A model generated the notes under the pieces. It had not been told where the DNA came from. It saw nothing but the letters and a program-made list of their open reading frames with translations, and did not search any database. Positions 13,011 to 21,612 of a DNA stretch of 60,047 bases are shown one piece after another. Numbering within the stretch: the first letter of the stretch is position 1; every line of letters begins with the position of its first letter. Origin of the DNA: Candidatus Micrarchaeota archaeon (lineage in GTDB: Archaea > Micrarchaeota > Micrarchaeia > Anstonellales > J096); NCBI GenBank assembly GCA_964467175.1, contig CAYXNY010000045.1, forward strand, positions 1 through 60,047, written 5' to 3'. The position numbers and the translations under genes are program-made.

Positions 13011-14072
13011 TCATTTTGATTTCTTTAAACTGGCCCCTGCTTTTCTTATTTTTCTTAGTGCTACAGAAACAGGATGCCTTTTTCCTTTTTCTTTTTCAGC
13101 TTCCTCGACAAACTCCTGCTCTTCTTTCCTGATGAATTTATAGAATAAACTGAGCATAGGCATCTGGACAATAAAGCAAAATACTACTCCTAAAGCAATT
13201 TGGCTTGAAAAAGCAGACAATGCTAGAGCAACACCAATAGAAAGATTCTTGGAGACGGTGCCATAAACAATGGGCATCTGATTGTCATATGAATCGATGA
13301 AAAACCCGGAGAAGAAAAGAGTAATAAGGAAAATAGCAAGGTAGTAAACAGCAGCTAGCAGCACTCCAACCAAAAGCATTTCCGGATGACTGATGATATC
13401 ATTTGCCTTCAAGGAAGTTGAAATAAAAACTACCAGCAAAGCGCATAAGGAGGAAATCGTCGCCAACGTTGGTTTCCACGATTTTATCTTTTCTTTGGAA
13501 TATTTCGTTTTAAGCAAAACCTGAATGATGAAGCCAATAACTAGAGGTGAAAATATATAGAAAGAGATATTTTGGATTAGCAATGACTGAGAAAAATGAA
13601 CTGACCCGGAAAGTAGTAAAGATAAAGTAAACGGAATGGTTACCAGCGCCAAGATAAATGTTCCTATTTGCAAAATCATCGCCAATTCCAGATTGGCGTT
13701 CAGCAAGCCGGCCCAAGAGACGATCATTCCGCCCGGTGGCATTGTTGCAGCCAAAATTAAACCCGTTTTCAAGAAATCATACCGTTCCGGAAATGCAAGA
13801 CTGACAAAGTAAGCGACCAAAGGTGCCAAAATCAAAACAGCCAGCATGCCCCAAATAATCTCTTTTTTGTACTTTCTTATAGCGATCAGTTCACCAAACT
13901 CTAGCGGGATAACCATTACAAAAATCATGAGAAATAGAATTGGAACAATAAAAGAAGATAAAAAGGCAGCAACTTGCGGTAGCTGCCATCCCAAAAGAAA
14001 CCCAAGAATAATGGAAGCCAGAACCAAACCGAATAGGTTGTTTCTGAAGAACTTATCTATGCGTTCCAGCAT
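13011..14072 (-). CDS. Permease of the bile-acid:Na+ symporter (BASS/SBF) / ACR3 superfamily
   Basis: 353 aa, about 10 TM. BASS-like motifs AATMPPGGMIVSWAGLLNANLELA and GTVSKNLSIGVALA. Sits in an operon context with ArsR and TauE. Charged C-terminal extension. Confidence 0.55.
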   Translation of the reverse strand: MLERIDKFFRNNLFGLVLASIILGFLLGWQLPQVAAFLSSFIVPILFLMIFVMVIPLEFGELIAIRKYKKEIIWGMLAVLILAPLVAYFVSLAFPERYDFLKTGLILAATMPPGGMIVSWAGLLNANLELAMILQIGTFILALVTIPFTLSLLLSGSVHFSQSLLIQNISFYIFSPLVIGFIIQVLLKTKYSKEKIKSWKPTLATISSLCALLVVFISTSLKANDIISHPEMLLVGVLLAAVYYLAIFLITLFFSGFFIDSYDNQMPIVYGTVSKNLSIGVALALSAFSSQIALGVVFCFIVQMPMLSLFYKFIRKEEQEFVEEAEKEKGKRHPVSVALRKIRKAGASLKKSK

Positions 14073-14095
14073 TTACTCCGCCGCTTATGGATACT

Positions 14096-14413
14096 TTACT
14101 GAGCTAGCCATAGCATACCAACAATCTCTTTATTGTATGCCAGTTCTACTTTAATACCAAATCTTGCAGCCCAGTAAGCCCCAACTTCAAGTTTGTTTAG
14201 ATCCACGTCTTTCCAGAGGTTGCCCACGATAGCGCCGTTTAATAACAACGGAATGTGTGTAACCCCACGTGGGTCTACCCATCGCTCGCCTTTAGTAACT
14301 TTTGCCAGCAAATCCGTCGTCTTTTTTTCTACCTCTTCGCGGTTCAACTCTTTATCTAGGGCATAGCAACCCCATCTTACTCCAAATCTCCAACCAGGTA
14401 TTCCTCTCGGCAT
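14096..14413 (-). CDS. Hypothetical protein
   Basis: 105-aa ORF on the same strand, placed between the TauE and permease genes. No recognisable motif. Confidence 0.35.
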   Translation of the reverse strand: MPRGIPGWRFGVRWGCYALDKELNREEVEKKTTDLLAKVTKGERWVDPRGVTHIPLLLNGAIVGNLWKDVDLNKLEVGAYWAARFGIKVELAYNKEIVGMLWLAQ

Positions 14414-14442
14414 CTTATCACCTCATATTTTATTTATATCCT

Positions 14443-15390
14443 TTACCAAATATACACCCCGAAGTAATTCCCTATAAACTTTGCCGCTACATATAGGAAA
14501 TAAACCCCAAACAGCAGTTTTAGATGGAACGGCTGGAACTTCTTTATTGTTGCTGCGCCTATTTGCGCTCCTATTATCGTGCCGATTCCTAGAAGTAAAC
14601 CAGCACTAACAAAAACAAAGCCTTGAACCAGTTTAATTAAACCACCTACTGTTGCAAGAGGTACCATTATTGCTAGAGAGGTTCCCATGGTGATATACAC
14701 CGGAGCCCCAAAAAGATAAATCAACCCCGGTACTAAAGCATACCCTCCGCCAAGTCCAACTATTCCGGTAAGGATTCCAACAATAAATCCGAATATGGAA
14801 AGCTTTGCAGGATGGCCTTCTATTGATTCCGGCATCTGACCTGACATGGGAACCTGCACAAGTTTTCCACTCTTGAACCGTTTGTATCCTTCAATTCCTT
14901 CCCATATCATTCTTAATGCAGGCCATAAGAATACGATTCCAATAATGAGGCCTAGCAATAAAGATTGACTGTATAAAAATAGAAAAAGCCAAGAGCCCAA
15001 TATCACACCCAAAATTCCTGCCCCGCCCATCCATAAGGCTACTCTCTTATCCAAGTTCTTCCTCTTAAAATGCCCATAACCTCCTGAAATCGATGTGAAG
15101 ATAACTGCAAAGAGTGTTGTTCCAACAGCGATCGGCGCAGGGAACCCTAGCCAGAAATGCAATACCGGGAGCATAACACTGCAACCGCCTGTGCCTATCC
15201 AACCACCTAAAAGCCCTGCTACTAACCCTACTGAAAGCAATATAAGAATCATTGAGGCATTCAACTGCGGAACACCGACCGGTTGCTGTTCGCTCGAGAA
15301 TACCAGCGCAGTAATAGCGGCCATAATCAACACTAAAAATATCGTGAATTTGTATTCCTTAAAGATTGCTTTTACATCTATCCCCATCAT
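14443..15390 (-). CDS. TauE/SafE (TSUP, DUF81) family anion exporter
   Basis: 315 aa and polytopic. Duplicated glycine-rich TSUP motifs (GWIGTGGCSVMLPVL; GLGGGYALVPGLIYLFGAP). ATGA overlap with arsR. Confidence 0.75.
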   Translation of the reverse strand: MMGIDVKAIFKEYKFTIFLVLIMAAITALVFSSEQQPVGVPQLNASMILILLSVGLVAGLLGGWIGTGGCSVMLPVLHFWLGFPAPIAVGTTLFAVIFTSISGGYGHFKRKNLDKRVALWMGGAGILGVILGSWLFLFLYSQSLLLGLIIGIVFLWPALRMIWEGIEGYKRFKSGKLVQVPMSGQMPESIEGHPAKLSIFGFIVGILTGIVGLGGGYALVPGLIYLFGAPVYITMGTSLAIMVPLATVGGLIKLVQGFVFVSAGLLLGIGTIIGAQIGAATIKKFQPFHLKLLFGVYFLYVAAKFIGNYFGVYIW

Positions 15391-15647
15391 TTTTTATCAC
15401 CTTCAATTAGTTTGAATATCTTCTTCACCCTTCTATCCTTTATTGAATAGAGAACCATTCTTCCATTTCTACGAGATTTAATCAAGCCCCATTTGACAAG
15501 TTTAGCAAGATGCATGGATGTATTCGACTGCGTTCTTCCAATTTTACTAGGAATTTTGCATGCGCACATTTCTCCTGAAAGAAGGCATTTTAATACCCTA
15601 TATTTTGTTTCTTCTCCCAGTGCTTTAAACAAATAGATGTTTTTCAT
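15387..15647 (-). CDS. ArsR/SmtB-family winged-helix transcriptional regulator
   Basis: 86 aa. CAC metal-site-like motif followed by an HTH (GEMCACKIPSKIGRTQSNTSMHLAKLVKWGLIKSRRNGRMVLYSI). Confidence 0.8.
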   Translation of the reverse strand: MKNIYLFKALGEETKYRVLKCLLSGEMCACKIPSKIGRTQSNTSMHLAKLVKWGLIKSRRNGRMVLYSIKDRRVKKIFKLIEGDKK

Positions 15648-15665
15648 ATCAATGGATATTGATAT
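15646..15665. promoter_or_regulatory. Palindromic candidate operator at arsR start
   Basis: atatcaat-ggat-attgatat has 8-nt perfect inverted arms and overlaps the arsR ATG (15645-15647). An A/T-rich TATA-like stretch (ttataaacatatat on the minus strand) lies just upstream. Confidence 0.4.
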
Positions 15666-15782
15666 ATATGTTTATAAGGCTTTCTGTTTTTGAGAGGGTG
15701 CTTGAAAAATTTTTGTAAGCAAAAATCCTTCGCAAATTCATTGACCGAAATATTTTAAATCTCAGCAACAGATTGTAAAAAA

Positions 15783-16472
15783 ATGAAAGCTTTTGTCGGA
15801 ACATCCGGCTGGGCCTATGGATGGAACGAGGGCGGAAATTTTCAGTGGTTTGTAGAAAACTCCGGATTGAATGCAGTTGAAATTAATGCAAGTTTTTACA
15901 GATTTCCCTTCCCGAGCCAGGTCAAAGGATGGGCAAAAAGAACAAAGGAGATAAGATGGGCCGTGAAGGTTAATAGATTAATCACGCATGTGTTTAAATT
16001 TGGGAATAAGGCGAAGCAAACGTGGAAAAGGTTTGAGGAGATTTTTTCGCCCCTGCATAAGAATATTGATTTTTATCTTTTTCAGCTTCCGCCCAGCTCA
16101 GGGCCGGATATGGCTGAAAAAATTGAGAGGTTTGCGAAATTCACGAAGCTCGGAGAGAGATTTGCGTTGGAAGTGAGGAATGAAAAATGGTTTGCAAAGG
16201 AGTGGGTTGAATGGGCGGTGAAAAATAAAATTACATGGGTTTCAATAGATGCGCCTGAATTTTCGCGCGGAATTTTCAAAACAACGGATTTTGTTTATTT
16301 GAGAATGCATGGGAGGAAGAGCTGGTATTCTTATAATTATTCCAAGCAGGAATTGAAGGAAATTGCGGAGAGAATAAAAAAAGCAAACCCAAAAGCTGCT
16401 TATGTTTTCTTTAACAATAACCATGATATGCTGAACAACGCGAGGGAGATGAAAAGGATATTGGAAAAATAA
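15783..16472 (+). CDS. DUF72 (UPF0759) family protein
   Basis: 229 aa. The N-terminus FVGTSGWAYGW... and overall pattern are typical of DUF72. Confidence 0.7.
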   Translation: MKAFVGTSGWAYGWNEGGNFQWFVENSGLNAVEINASFYRFPFPSQVKGWAKRTKEIRWAVKVNRLITHVFKFGNKAKQTWKRFEEIFSPLHKNIDFYLFQLPPSSGPDMAEKIERFAKFTKLGERFALEVRNEKWFAKEWVEWAVKNKITWVSIDAPEFSRGIFKTTDFVYLRMHGRKSWYSYNYSKQELKEIAERIKKANPKAAYVFFNNNHDMLNNAREMKRILEK

Positions 16473-16494
16473 AAAATATTCGTTACACCTTTTC

Positions 16495-17124
16495 CTAAAT
16501 TTTATTTAAGTTTTTCAAAAACCTCCTTTTCCATTTGGCAAATTCGTTCACGTCCAGTCCTATGTAAGCCAATTCCTCAACGCCTATACTGTTTATTTCG
16601 TTCAAAAGTTCTTTTTCAAAATATTCTATCTTAGCTTTCCTCAAAAAAATCCTATATTTTTTTATATCAAACTCGGTATGAATCAAAAGGGTTGCTATAT
16701 CGATTATGTCCTTTCTTCCTTTTATCGAGCCCCTTCTATTAATTTCTGCGGATTGTTTTAGTATGATAAGGATCTCGGGGATGGGGACTTTGATTCCGTT
16801 AATAACACGGGTGTTTTTTAGTATTGTCTCAACAGGAAGAGGAAGCGTAGAATAGGATGGCAGGTACAGGTCTATATCAAAATCCTCGCCCTTTATTTCG
16901 TATTTTCTTAATCTTTCGTTCTTTTCTACAGTATACTCGGCACGAATCGCGAGCAGTGTGTTGTAATCAAGAATCAAATCGATATCTTTTGATTTATGCA
17001 TCCCTGTCCACAGATACGCTGCCCAGCCGCCGATAACTGTTACATCGTATTTCTTGCTAATCTCTAGAAGCTTCTCAAAACTTTTTTTCGTTACGCTATC
17101 ATTCCAGAATTCCTTCACTTTCAT
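16495..17124 (-). CDS. Pol-beta-fold nucleotidyltransferase-like protein (MNT/AbiEii-like)
   Basis: Start trimmed to the ATG at 17124, which forms an ATGA overlap with the upstream gene's stop. NTase signature hGG-x(10-13)-DhDh is present: VIGGWAAYLWTGMHKSKDIDLILD. Confidence 0.5.
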   Translation of the reverse strand: MKVKEFWNDSVTKKSFEKLLEISKKYDVTVIGGWAAYLWTGMHKSKDIDLILDYNTLLAIRAEYTVEKNERLRKYEIKGEDFDIDLYLPSYSTLPLPVETILKNTRVINGIKVPIPEILIILKQSAEINRRGSIKGRKDIIDIATLLIHTEFDIKKYRIFLRKAKIEYFEKELLNEINSIGVEELAYIGLDVNEFAKWKRRFLKNLNKI

Positions 17125-17714
17125 AGGTTCAACCTCCTTATAATGGCATTTGCAAAATCGCTCGCGTACCATTCTCTTAAATTCCACAAATCAACAAAAA
17201 CCTGCGGAAGCGGAGCTGTGGTTTTTTTTCTACGGAATAAAAACCTGTCTCCTTCAAGAACAAAAACATTTTCTGGCCCTTTTCTCTTCGGAAATCTCCT
17301 GATTATTTCCTGTGCTGTTTTTTTATCCGCATAGACATAAACCTCGCTGTAATCTGCCGGTGCTTCATTATAAATCATTCTGTACGCCGAATACGCAGTA
17401 AAAACAACCCCGGAAGGCATGGACCCTTCTATCTTCACAACCGGCATCTCGCTCCTAGTGGTGTAGAGAATATCCCTGCGCAGGCTCCTCTCAGAAGCCC
17501 AGAAGAGAAGGGCTTTCTTAGCGTCCGCCAGCATGAAGGAGCGCTGTTTTTTCTGTACTGCCCCTATTTCTTCTAAAGGTTTTATCGCGTTGTTGACGGT
17601 GCTTAAAGAAAACCCAAATTTTTTTGAGAGCGAGAGCTGCGTAAAAGAAAAAATTTTTTCCTCTAAAGCCTTTGAGAGCACCTCCCTGTAAACTATCTCT
17701 TTCTTTTTGAGCAT
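17121..17714 (-). CDS. Winged-helix DNA-binding protein (AbiEi-like partner of downstream NTase)
   Basis: 197 aa. N-terminal wHTH (FTQLSLSKKFGFSLSTVNNAIKPLEEIGAV). Translationally coupled to the NTase gene. Confidence 0.45.
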   Translation of the reverse strand: MLKKKEIVYREVLSKALEEKIFSFTQLSLSKKFGFSLSTVNNAIKPLEEIGAVQKKQRSFMLADAKKALLFWASERSLRRDILYTTRSEMPVVKIEGSMPSGVVFTAYSAYRMIYNEAPADYSEVYVYADKKTAQEIIRRFPKRKGPENVFVLEGDRFLFRRKKTTAPLPQVFVDLWNLREWYASDFANAIIRRLNL

Positions 17715-17798
17715 GTTCTATTTTGAGATTATTTATTTTTAAATGTTTCGAAAATTTTCGAAAATTAACCATCTCCCGAACTTTGAACCCTTCCTTTT
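17701..17798. repeat. 98-nt direct repeat, copy 1
   Basis: Near-identical to 18501..18599 (a few mismatches and one 1-nt indel). Contains the first 14 nt of a CDS (MLKKK), a TATA-like tttaaaaata (minus strand), a tandem ttcgaaaatt x2 and a 60-nt copy of the taw1 3' end. Confidence 0.85.
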
Positions 17799-18514
17799 TA
17801 CCTAGATTTTTTGGCCTGCTTGGGGCGCTTATCAAAATAAGTCTTAACATATTGGATTCTTTCTTCGTCTGGCGGATGATATTTTATTAAATTTCGTAAA
17901 AAGTTTATTAAATTTCGTAAAAACGGTATTTTTTGCAAAAACGAGTGAAATGGGGGCGATGATGCAAGTTTTCGTATCTCTTCTAATGCCTCCTTCATAA
18001 GGACATGCGGCTCATTCACTCCGTATTCGCTATAAAGTTTAGTGGCAGCCCAGAGATCCGCATCAAACTCATCTTCTCGCATGAACGGACAGAAAATTTT
18101 AAGGAGGAATAGAACAATAATCAACAATAAAAACAAAAATAACAGTAATAAATTAATAAGCTCAGAGAGATTAACTATATCTGGCCTCGCGTTCAGTAAA
18201 AAGTATATAAGCAAAAACACAAAAGCAACAAGAGCAATAATAATCCAAATAATAAGATAGGTTCTAGAACATCTTTTTATATGCCCTTCTTCATGCAAAA
18301 GCACAAATCTCGCATATTCTTTTTTTATATTTTCAAAAACAGGATTATAATTAATGGATAGCCACAGTCCTTGAAAATTCAGGGAAATGGGACATTTTAT
18401 CAATGTTCTATTCTTATCTATAAGGCCTTTGTTTTTTAATTCTGAGAATACTTCTTCTACAGCGGAGGGCTTTTTAATTTTGCTTTTCTCATTTAAAATC
18501 TTCTTTTTGAGCAT
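17798..18514 (-). CDS. Membrane-associated HExxH zinc metalloprotease-like protein
   Basis: 238 aa. HEEGH motif (VLLHEEGHIKR), two central TM helices and a downstream EFDAD motif reminiscent of M48-type peptidases. Confidence 0.5.
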   Translation of the reverse strand: MLKKKILNEKSKIKKPSAVEEVFSELKNKGLIDKNRTLIKCPISLNFQGLWLSINYNPVFENIKKEYARFVLLHEEGHIKRCSRTYLIIWIIIALVAFVFLLIYFLLNARPDIVNLSELINLLLLFLFLLLIIVLFLLKIFCPFMREDEFDADLWAATKLYSEYGVNEPHVLMKEALEEIRKLASSPPFHSFLQKIPFLRNLINFLRNLIKYHPPDEERIQYVKTYFDKRPKQAKKSR

Positions 18515-18599
18515 GTTTCTATTTTGAGATTGGTTATTTTTAAATGTTTCGAAAATTTTCGAAAATTAACCATCTCCCGAACTTTGAATCCTTCCTTTT
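18501..18599. repeat. 98-nt direct repeat, copy 2
   Basis: See 17701..17798. This copy spans the genuine taw1 3' end, the intergenic promoter and the first codons of the metalloprotease gene. Confidence 0.85.
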
Positions 18600-19544
18600 C
18601 AGCACAACTATTCTGCTCTCCTCCTGCTCGTCCATGTATTCGTAGTTCGGCAAAAATCTGAGGAGGTTTTCAGAGAGTTTTTTTATCTCATGGTGCCTAG
18701 GCATGTTTTCTATTTTCAATCTTTTTCTGGAATAGCCCAGCCACATGTACGCTTTTATTTCAATAAAATCCGCTTTGCTCTTTTCGAATAATTTTGCATA
18801 CTGCGAAAAATATTTTTCATCATCATTCAGCCCTTTTATTACCGTAAACCGAATTACCCTTCTTGTTGGAATTTTTGCAACGAGCGAAAGCGTTTTGTTC
18901 AATCTTTCCCATCCATCTTTGTAGAGGGATTTGTTTATTTTTTTGAAAAGCGTTTTATTCGGCGCGTCAAAACTTACATACAATTGATGGGGAAGGGCGT
19001 TTTCCTTCCAAAGTTTTTCAAGCATTTTCGGCTCCTGGCCGTTTGTAACTATAAAAATGCTTTTCACTTCTCTGTGCTTTTTAAGCTCTTTCACTAGTTC
19101 TGGAAGAAGAGGGTAAAGAGTGGGCTCGCCGCTTAAACTTATCGCCCAGTGAGAGGGAAATAGCTCAAAAGACTCTTTCCAGAGTTTTGAATTGACATCA
19201 TAAGCCCCGCCTATTCCGGAAAGAAGTCTTTTTCTCTGCTCAACCACCTTTTGTATTATTTCTTCCGGATCGTCTGCCTCTTCTTTTTTCATTTTAATAT
19301 TTTTCATGAATTCCATAGGCCTCCAGCAGAAAATGCAGTTCTGCTGGCACCACACAGCCGCAGGAGACATTTGGGCGCAGCGATGGCATTCTATTCCATA
19401 GAATTTTTGCTTATAGCACACGCCCTTTCCGCGTAAGGCTTTTTTTGTCCATGCGCAGATTTCAACAGCAGAATGATTGCCGGCGATTCCGTAGTGCATA
19501 TGCTCTAGCTTCTCTCTTACAAATTCCGGAATGGAAACTTTCAT
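18540..19544 (-). CDS. taw1: Radical-SAM 4-demethylwyosine synthase Taw1 (TYW1 homolog)
   Basis: Start trimmed to MKVSIPEF (M22 of the listed ORF). Conserved YGIECHRCAQMSP...CQQNCIFCWRP cysteine clusters are typical of Taw1/TYW1. Confidence 0.8.
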   Translation of the reverse strand: MKVSIPEFVREKLEHMHYGIAGNHSAVEICAWTKKALRGKGVCYKQKFYGIECHRCAQMSPAAVWCQQNCIFCWRPMEFMKNIKMKKEEADDPEEIIQKVVEQRKRLLSGIGGAYDVNSKLWKESFELFPSHWAISLSGEPTLYPLLPELVKELKKHREVKSIFIVTNGQEPKMLEKLWKENALPHQLYVSFDAPNKTLFKKINKSLYKDGWERLNKTLSLVAKIPTRRVIRFTVIKGLNDDEKYFSQYAKLFEKSKADFIEIKAYMWLGYSRKRLKIENMPRHHEIKKLSENLLRFLPNYEYMDEQEESRIVVLKRKDSKFGRWLIFENFRNI

Positions 19545-19628
19545 ACATTTTATTTTAAGAATATAAGTGTTTAAAAATGAGCGCAAGACCGAAAGGTTTA
19601 AATACATTTATTAACATATATTATAACT

Positions 19629-20270
19629 ATGAACAGAATAGAAAGGCCGGAAATAAAGAAGAAAATTAGTTCATACAGGCAGTTAAAAGACCCACCGGGT
19701 GATAAGCTGAGAAAGTTTGATTTTGATAACGCGAAGGACTGGAACGAAAAAGTTAAAGTTGGAAAAAGAAAAAAAGTCCTGAAAGAAATAACGATAGAAA
19801 ATTCGAAAGCTAAGGAAGCTGCCGTAGGAGAGAAATTAAGAGAGTTTATCGCGGGGAATGGAGAAATATCTCTTACAAAGGTGAAGCAAAAAGTAGATGC
19901 GCTCCTGCTGTACCTTAAAAGCGAAAACAAAGGAGATGTTGAGTATGCGGTAGCGGAATTGTACAAACTGGCCCGGTTCTTTCATGATAGAGGGGAAGTG
20001 ATTTTTGAAATAATCGACGCTCTCGCTTACGGAACAACAACAAGCAAAGCACATAATGCCTTGGACGCGCTCAATATTCTCTTAGAAAATAAGGAAATAG
20101 AAAAATATGTTAAGCAGTATATCATAGAGCGCATGGTATTTTATAATGAAGAAATACCTCAAGAAGAAATGGAATTTGTAAAGAACATACTGAGTAAAGC
20201 TTGCGAAATTACAACAGACCTCAGCGTAAGAAGAAAAGTACAAGAGATACTGAAAAAACAATGGACATAA
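19629..20270 (+). CDS. Hypothetical helical protein
   Basis: 213 aa. No recognisable motif. Coding-like composition and a clean start with upstream A/T-rich promoter. Confidence 0.4.
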   Translation: MNRIERPEIKKKISSYRQLKDPPGDKLRKFDFDNAKDWNEKVKVGKRKKVLKEITIENSKAKEAAVGEKLREFIAGNGEISLTKVKQKVDALLLYLKSENKGDVEYAVAELYKLARFFHDRGEVIFEIIDALAYGTTTSKAHNALDALNILLENKEIEKYVKQYIIERMVFYNEEIPQEEMEFVKNILSKACEITTDLSVRRKVQEILKKQWT

Positions 20271-20322
20271 GTTGGGTTTTGGGTTGTAGTATATATTTAA
20301 AAGCAATTTACCATAAAGTTGC

Positions 20323-20769
20323 ATGAGGCTTTGGTCCATTCATCCGCGTTATCTAGATGCAAAAGGATTGGTTGCTCTTTGGAGGGAAGCTCTACTCGCA
20401 AAAAAGATTCTTGAAGGAAAAACGAAAGGATACAAAAACCATCCTCAACTTGTAAGATTCAAAAGGTACAGAGACCCGATCCTTGCTATATGCTCCTATC
20501 TTCATTGGGTTATGGAGGAAGGAGAAAGAAGAGGATATAATTTTGATAAGAGAAAGTTTTCTTTGAAATCGCCCTTGAAAGAAGCCATACCTGTTGGCAA
20601 AGGACAGCTGAAATTTGAGTTTCAACACCTATGCAAAAAACTAAAGGAAAGAGATGAAAAGAAGTATAGAGAAATCTGCAGAAGAAAACCGAGTCCGCTT
20701 GCCCCGCATCCGCTTTTTTATGTAAAAAAGGGCGCAATAGAAAAATGGGAGAGAGGAATAAAAAAATAA
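20323..20769 (+). CDS. Pyrimidine-dimer DNA glycosylase / endonuclease V-like (Pyr_excise family)
   Basis: The N-terminus MRLWSIHPRYLDAKGLVALWREALLAKKILEGKTKGYKNHPQLVRF matches the conserved signature of this family. Confidence 0.7.
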   Translation: MRLWSIHPRYLDAKGLVALWREALLAKKILEGKTKGYKNHPQLVRFKRYRDPILAICSYLHWVMEEGERRGYNFDKRKFSLKSPLKEAIPVGKGQLKFEFQHLCKKLKERDEKKYREICRRKPSPLAPHPLFYVKKGAIEKWERGIKK

Positions 20770-20806
20770 TAGTTTAAAAAACCAATTGGGCAGTATCTAA
20801 ACCTAT

Positions 20807-20949
20807 GGGCCTGTAGCTCAGCTTGGATAGAGCGACAGCCTTCTAATAAAGAAGGCCAGAGGAAAAACCTCGGCGGTTGCTGGAGGTAAGATAGGAACCG
20901 CCGGAGGTTCCTGCGCTGAAGGTCGTGGGTTCAAATCCCACCAGGCCCG
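20807..20949 (+). tRNA. tRNA-Arg(TCT) with ~68-nt intron at/next to anticodon loop
   Basis: Hand-folded. Acceptor gggcctg/caggccc, D arm gctc-agcttggata-gagc, anticodon stem acagc/gctga (27:43 A-A), loop cttcta(a) with TCT at 20842-20844, and T arm gtggg-ttcaaat-cccac. There are 75 nt between the anticodon stem strands (7 loop plus 68 intron). No encoded CCA. Confidence 0.85.
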
Positions 20950-20952
20950 TAA

Positions 20953-21096
20953 GCCAGGGGGAGCTTTATCTTTTCTAATCTCCCCCTAGCTTCAACCCCC
21001 TTATGTGATTAGAAGGTTTGGCGGAGGCCAGGGGGAGCTTTATCTTTTCTAATCTCCCCCTAGCTTCAACCCCCTTATGTGATTAGAAGGTTTGGC
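20953..21096 (+). repeat. Tandem 70-nt repeat x2 (period 74) starting 3 nt after tRNA-Arg
   Basis: gccagggggagctttatcttttctaatctccccctagcttcaacccccttatgtgattagaaggtttggc at 20953-21022 and again at 21027-21096, separated by ggag. Each copy holds the hairpin agggggag...ctccccct. Confidence 0.9.
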
Positions 21097-21175
21097 ATAA
21101 GGTTGTTGAGATATAAAAAATTAGTAGAACTAAGAAACAAAAACAAGAAAGAAAAAAAAGAGTGTAAAGAGAAAT

Positions 21176-21478
21176 TTACTCTGCGTATTTTGAGATGTAT
21201 TTTTCCAAAGGCCTTGGGTCTTTTCCGGAGTAGACCTGGTAGCCGTTATAGATTGAGTACAGCCACACAAGTAAACCGCCGATTCCGAATGTAACGATGC
21301 TAACCACAAATCCTATAAGGCCTATCGCAACCGCCTGTATGTAGTGGTATTTCGAGAATCCGCTCAGTTCGTCTTTCTTTACAGCATACAGGATCAGCGC
21401 AACCAGCCAGAATATATACCCTATAAAAAGCAGCACTAGGTCGTCCTTTCCTTTTTCCGCAGTTTTCTTCTTTGCCAT
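21176..21478 (-). CDS. Small membrane protein (2-3 TM)
   Basis: The listed ORF 21176..21610 is trimmed to MAKKKTAEKGK... because its first 44 codons overlap tRNA-Ala. 100 aa with two or three TM segments. Confidence 0.5.
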   Translation of the reverse strand: MAKKKTAEKGKDDLVLLFIGYIFWLVALILYAVKKDELSGFSKYHYIQAVAIGLIGFVVSIVTFGIGGLLVWLYSIYNGYQVYSGKDPRPLEKYISKYAE

Positions 21479-21537
21479 GAAAATCACCCGGTAAAGATTA
21501 AAAACAGAATGCTTATAAACCTTATTCTGACGCAACC

Positions 21538-21609
21538 GGGCTCGTAGATCAGCGGTAGATCGCTCCCCTCGCACGGGAGAGGCCGAGGGTTCAAATCCCT
21601 CCGAGTCCA
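21538..21609 (+). tRNA. tRNA-Ala(CGC), intron-less
   Basis: gggctcg-ta-gatc-agcggta-gatc-g-ctccc-ctcgcac-gggag-aggcc-gaggg-ttcaaat-ccctc-cgagtcc-a. The G3:U70 identity pair is present. Anticodon CGC. Confidence 0.9.
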
Positions 21610-21612
21610 TAA

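Noticed and set aside
12724-13143. 139-aa plus-strand ORF upstream of the rRNA gene
   Set aside because: Its first part is an A/T-rich non-coding rRNA upstream region and its last part is antisense to the permease gene. No coding signal.
13505-13530. ctgaatgatga motif resembling adjacent D' and C' boxes of a C/D sRNA
   Set aside because: There is no C box 12 nt upstream and no D box 12 nt downstream, and the linker is 0-1 nt. It lies antisense inside the permease gene. Other isolated TGATGA hits across the window failed the spacing test in the same way.
19545-19607. First 21 codons of the listed taw1 ORF
   Set aside because: This stretch is A/T-rich promoter-like sequence. The conserved Taw1 N-terminus starts at MKVSIPEF.
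20953-21096. Tandem repeats considered as a mini CRISPR array
   Set aside because: There are only two 70-nt units, separated by 4 nt (ggag). There are no spacers and no cas genes. The same unit recurs after another tRNA. It is a tandem trailer repeat, not a CRISPR.
21479-21610. N-terminal 44 codons of listed ORF 21176..21610
   Set aside because: This part overlaps the tRNA-Ala gene on the opposite strand. An internal ATG at 21478 gives a sensible small membrane protein.
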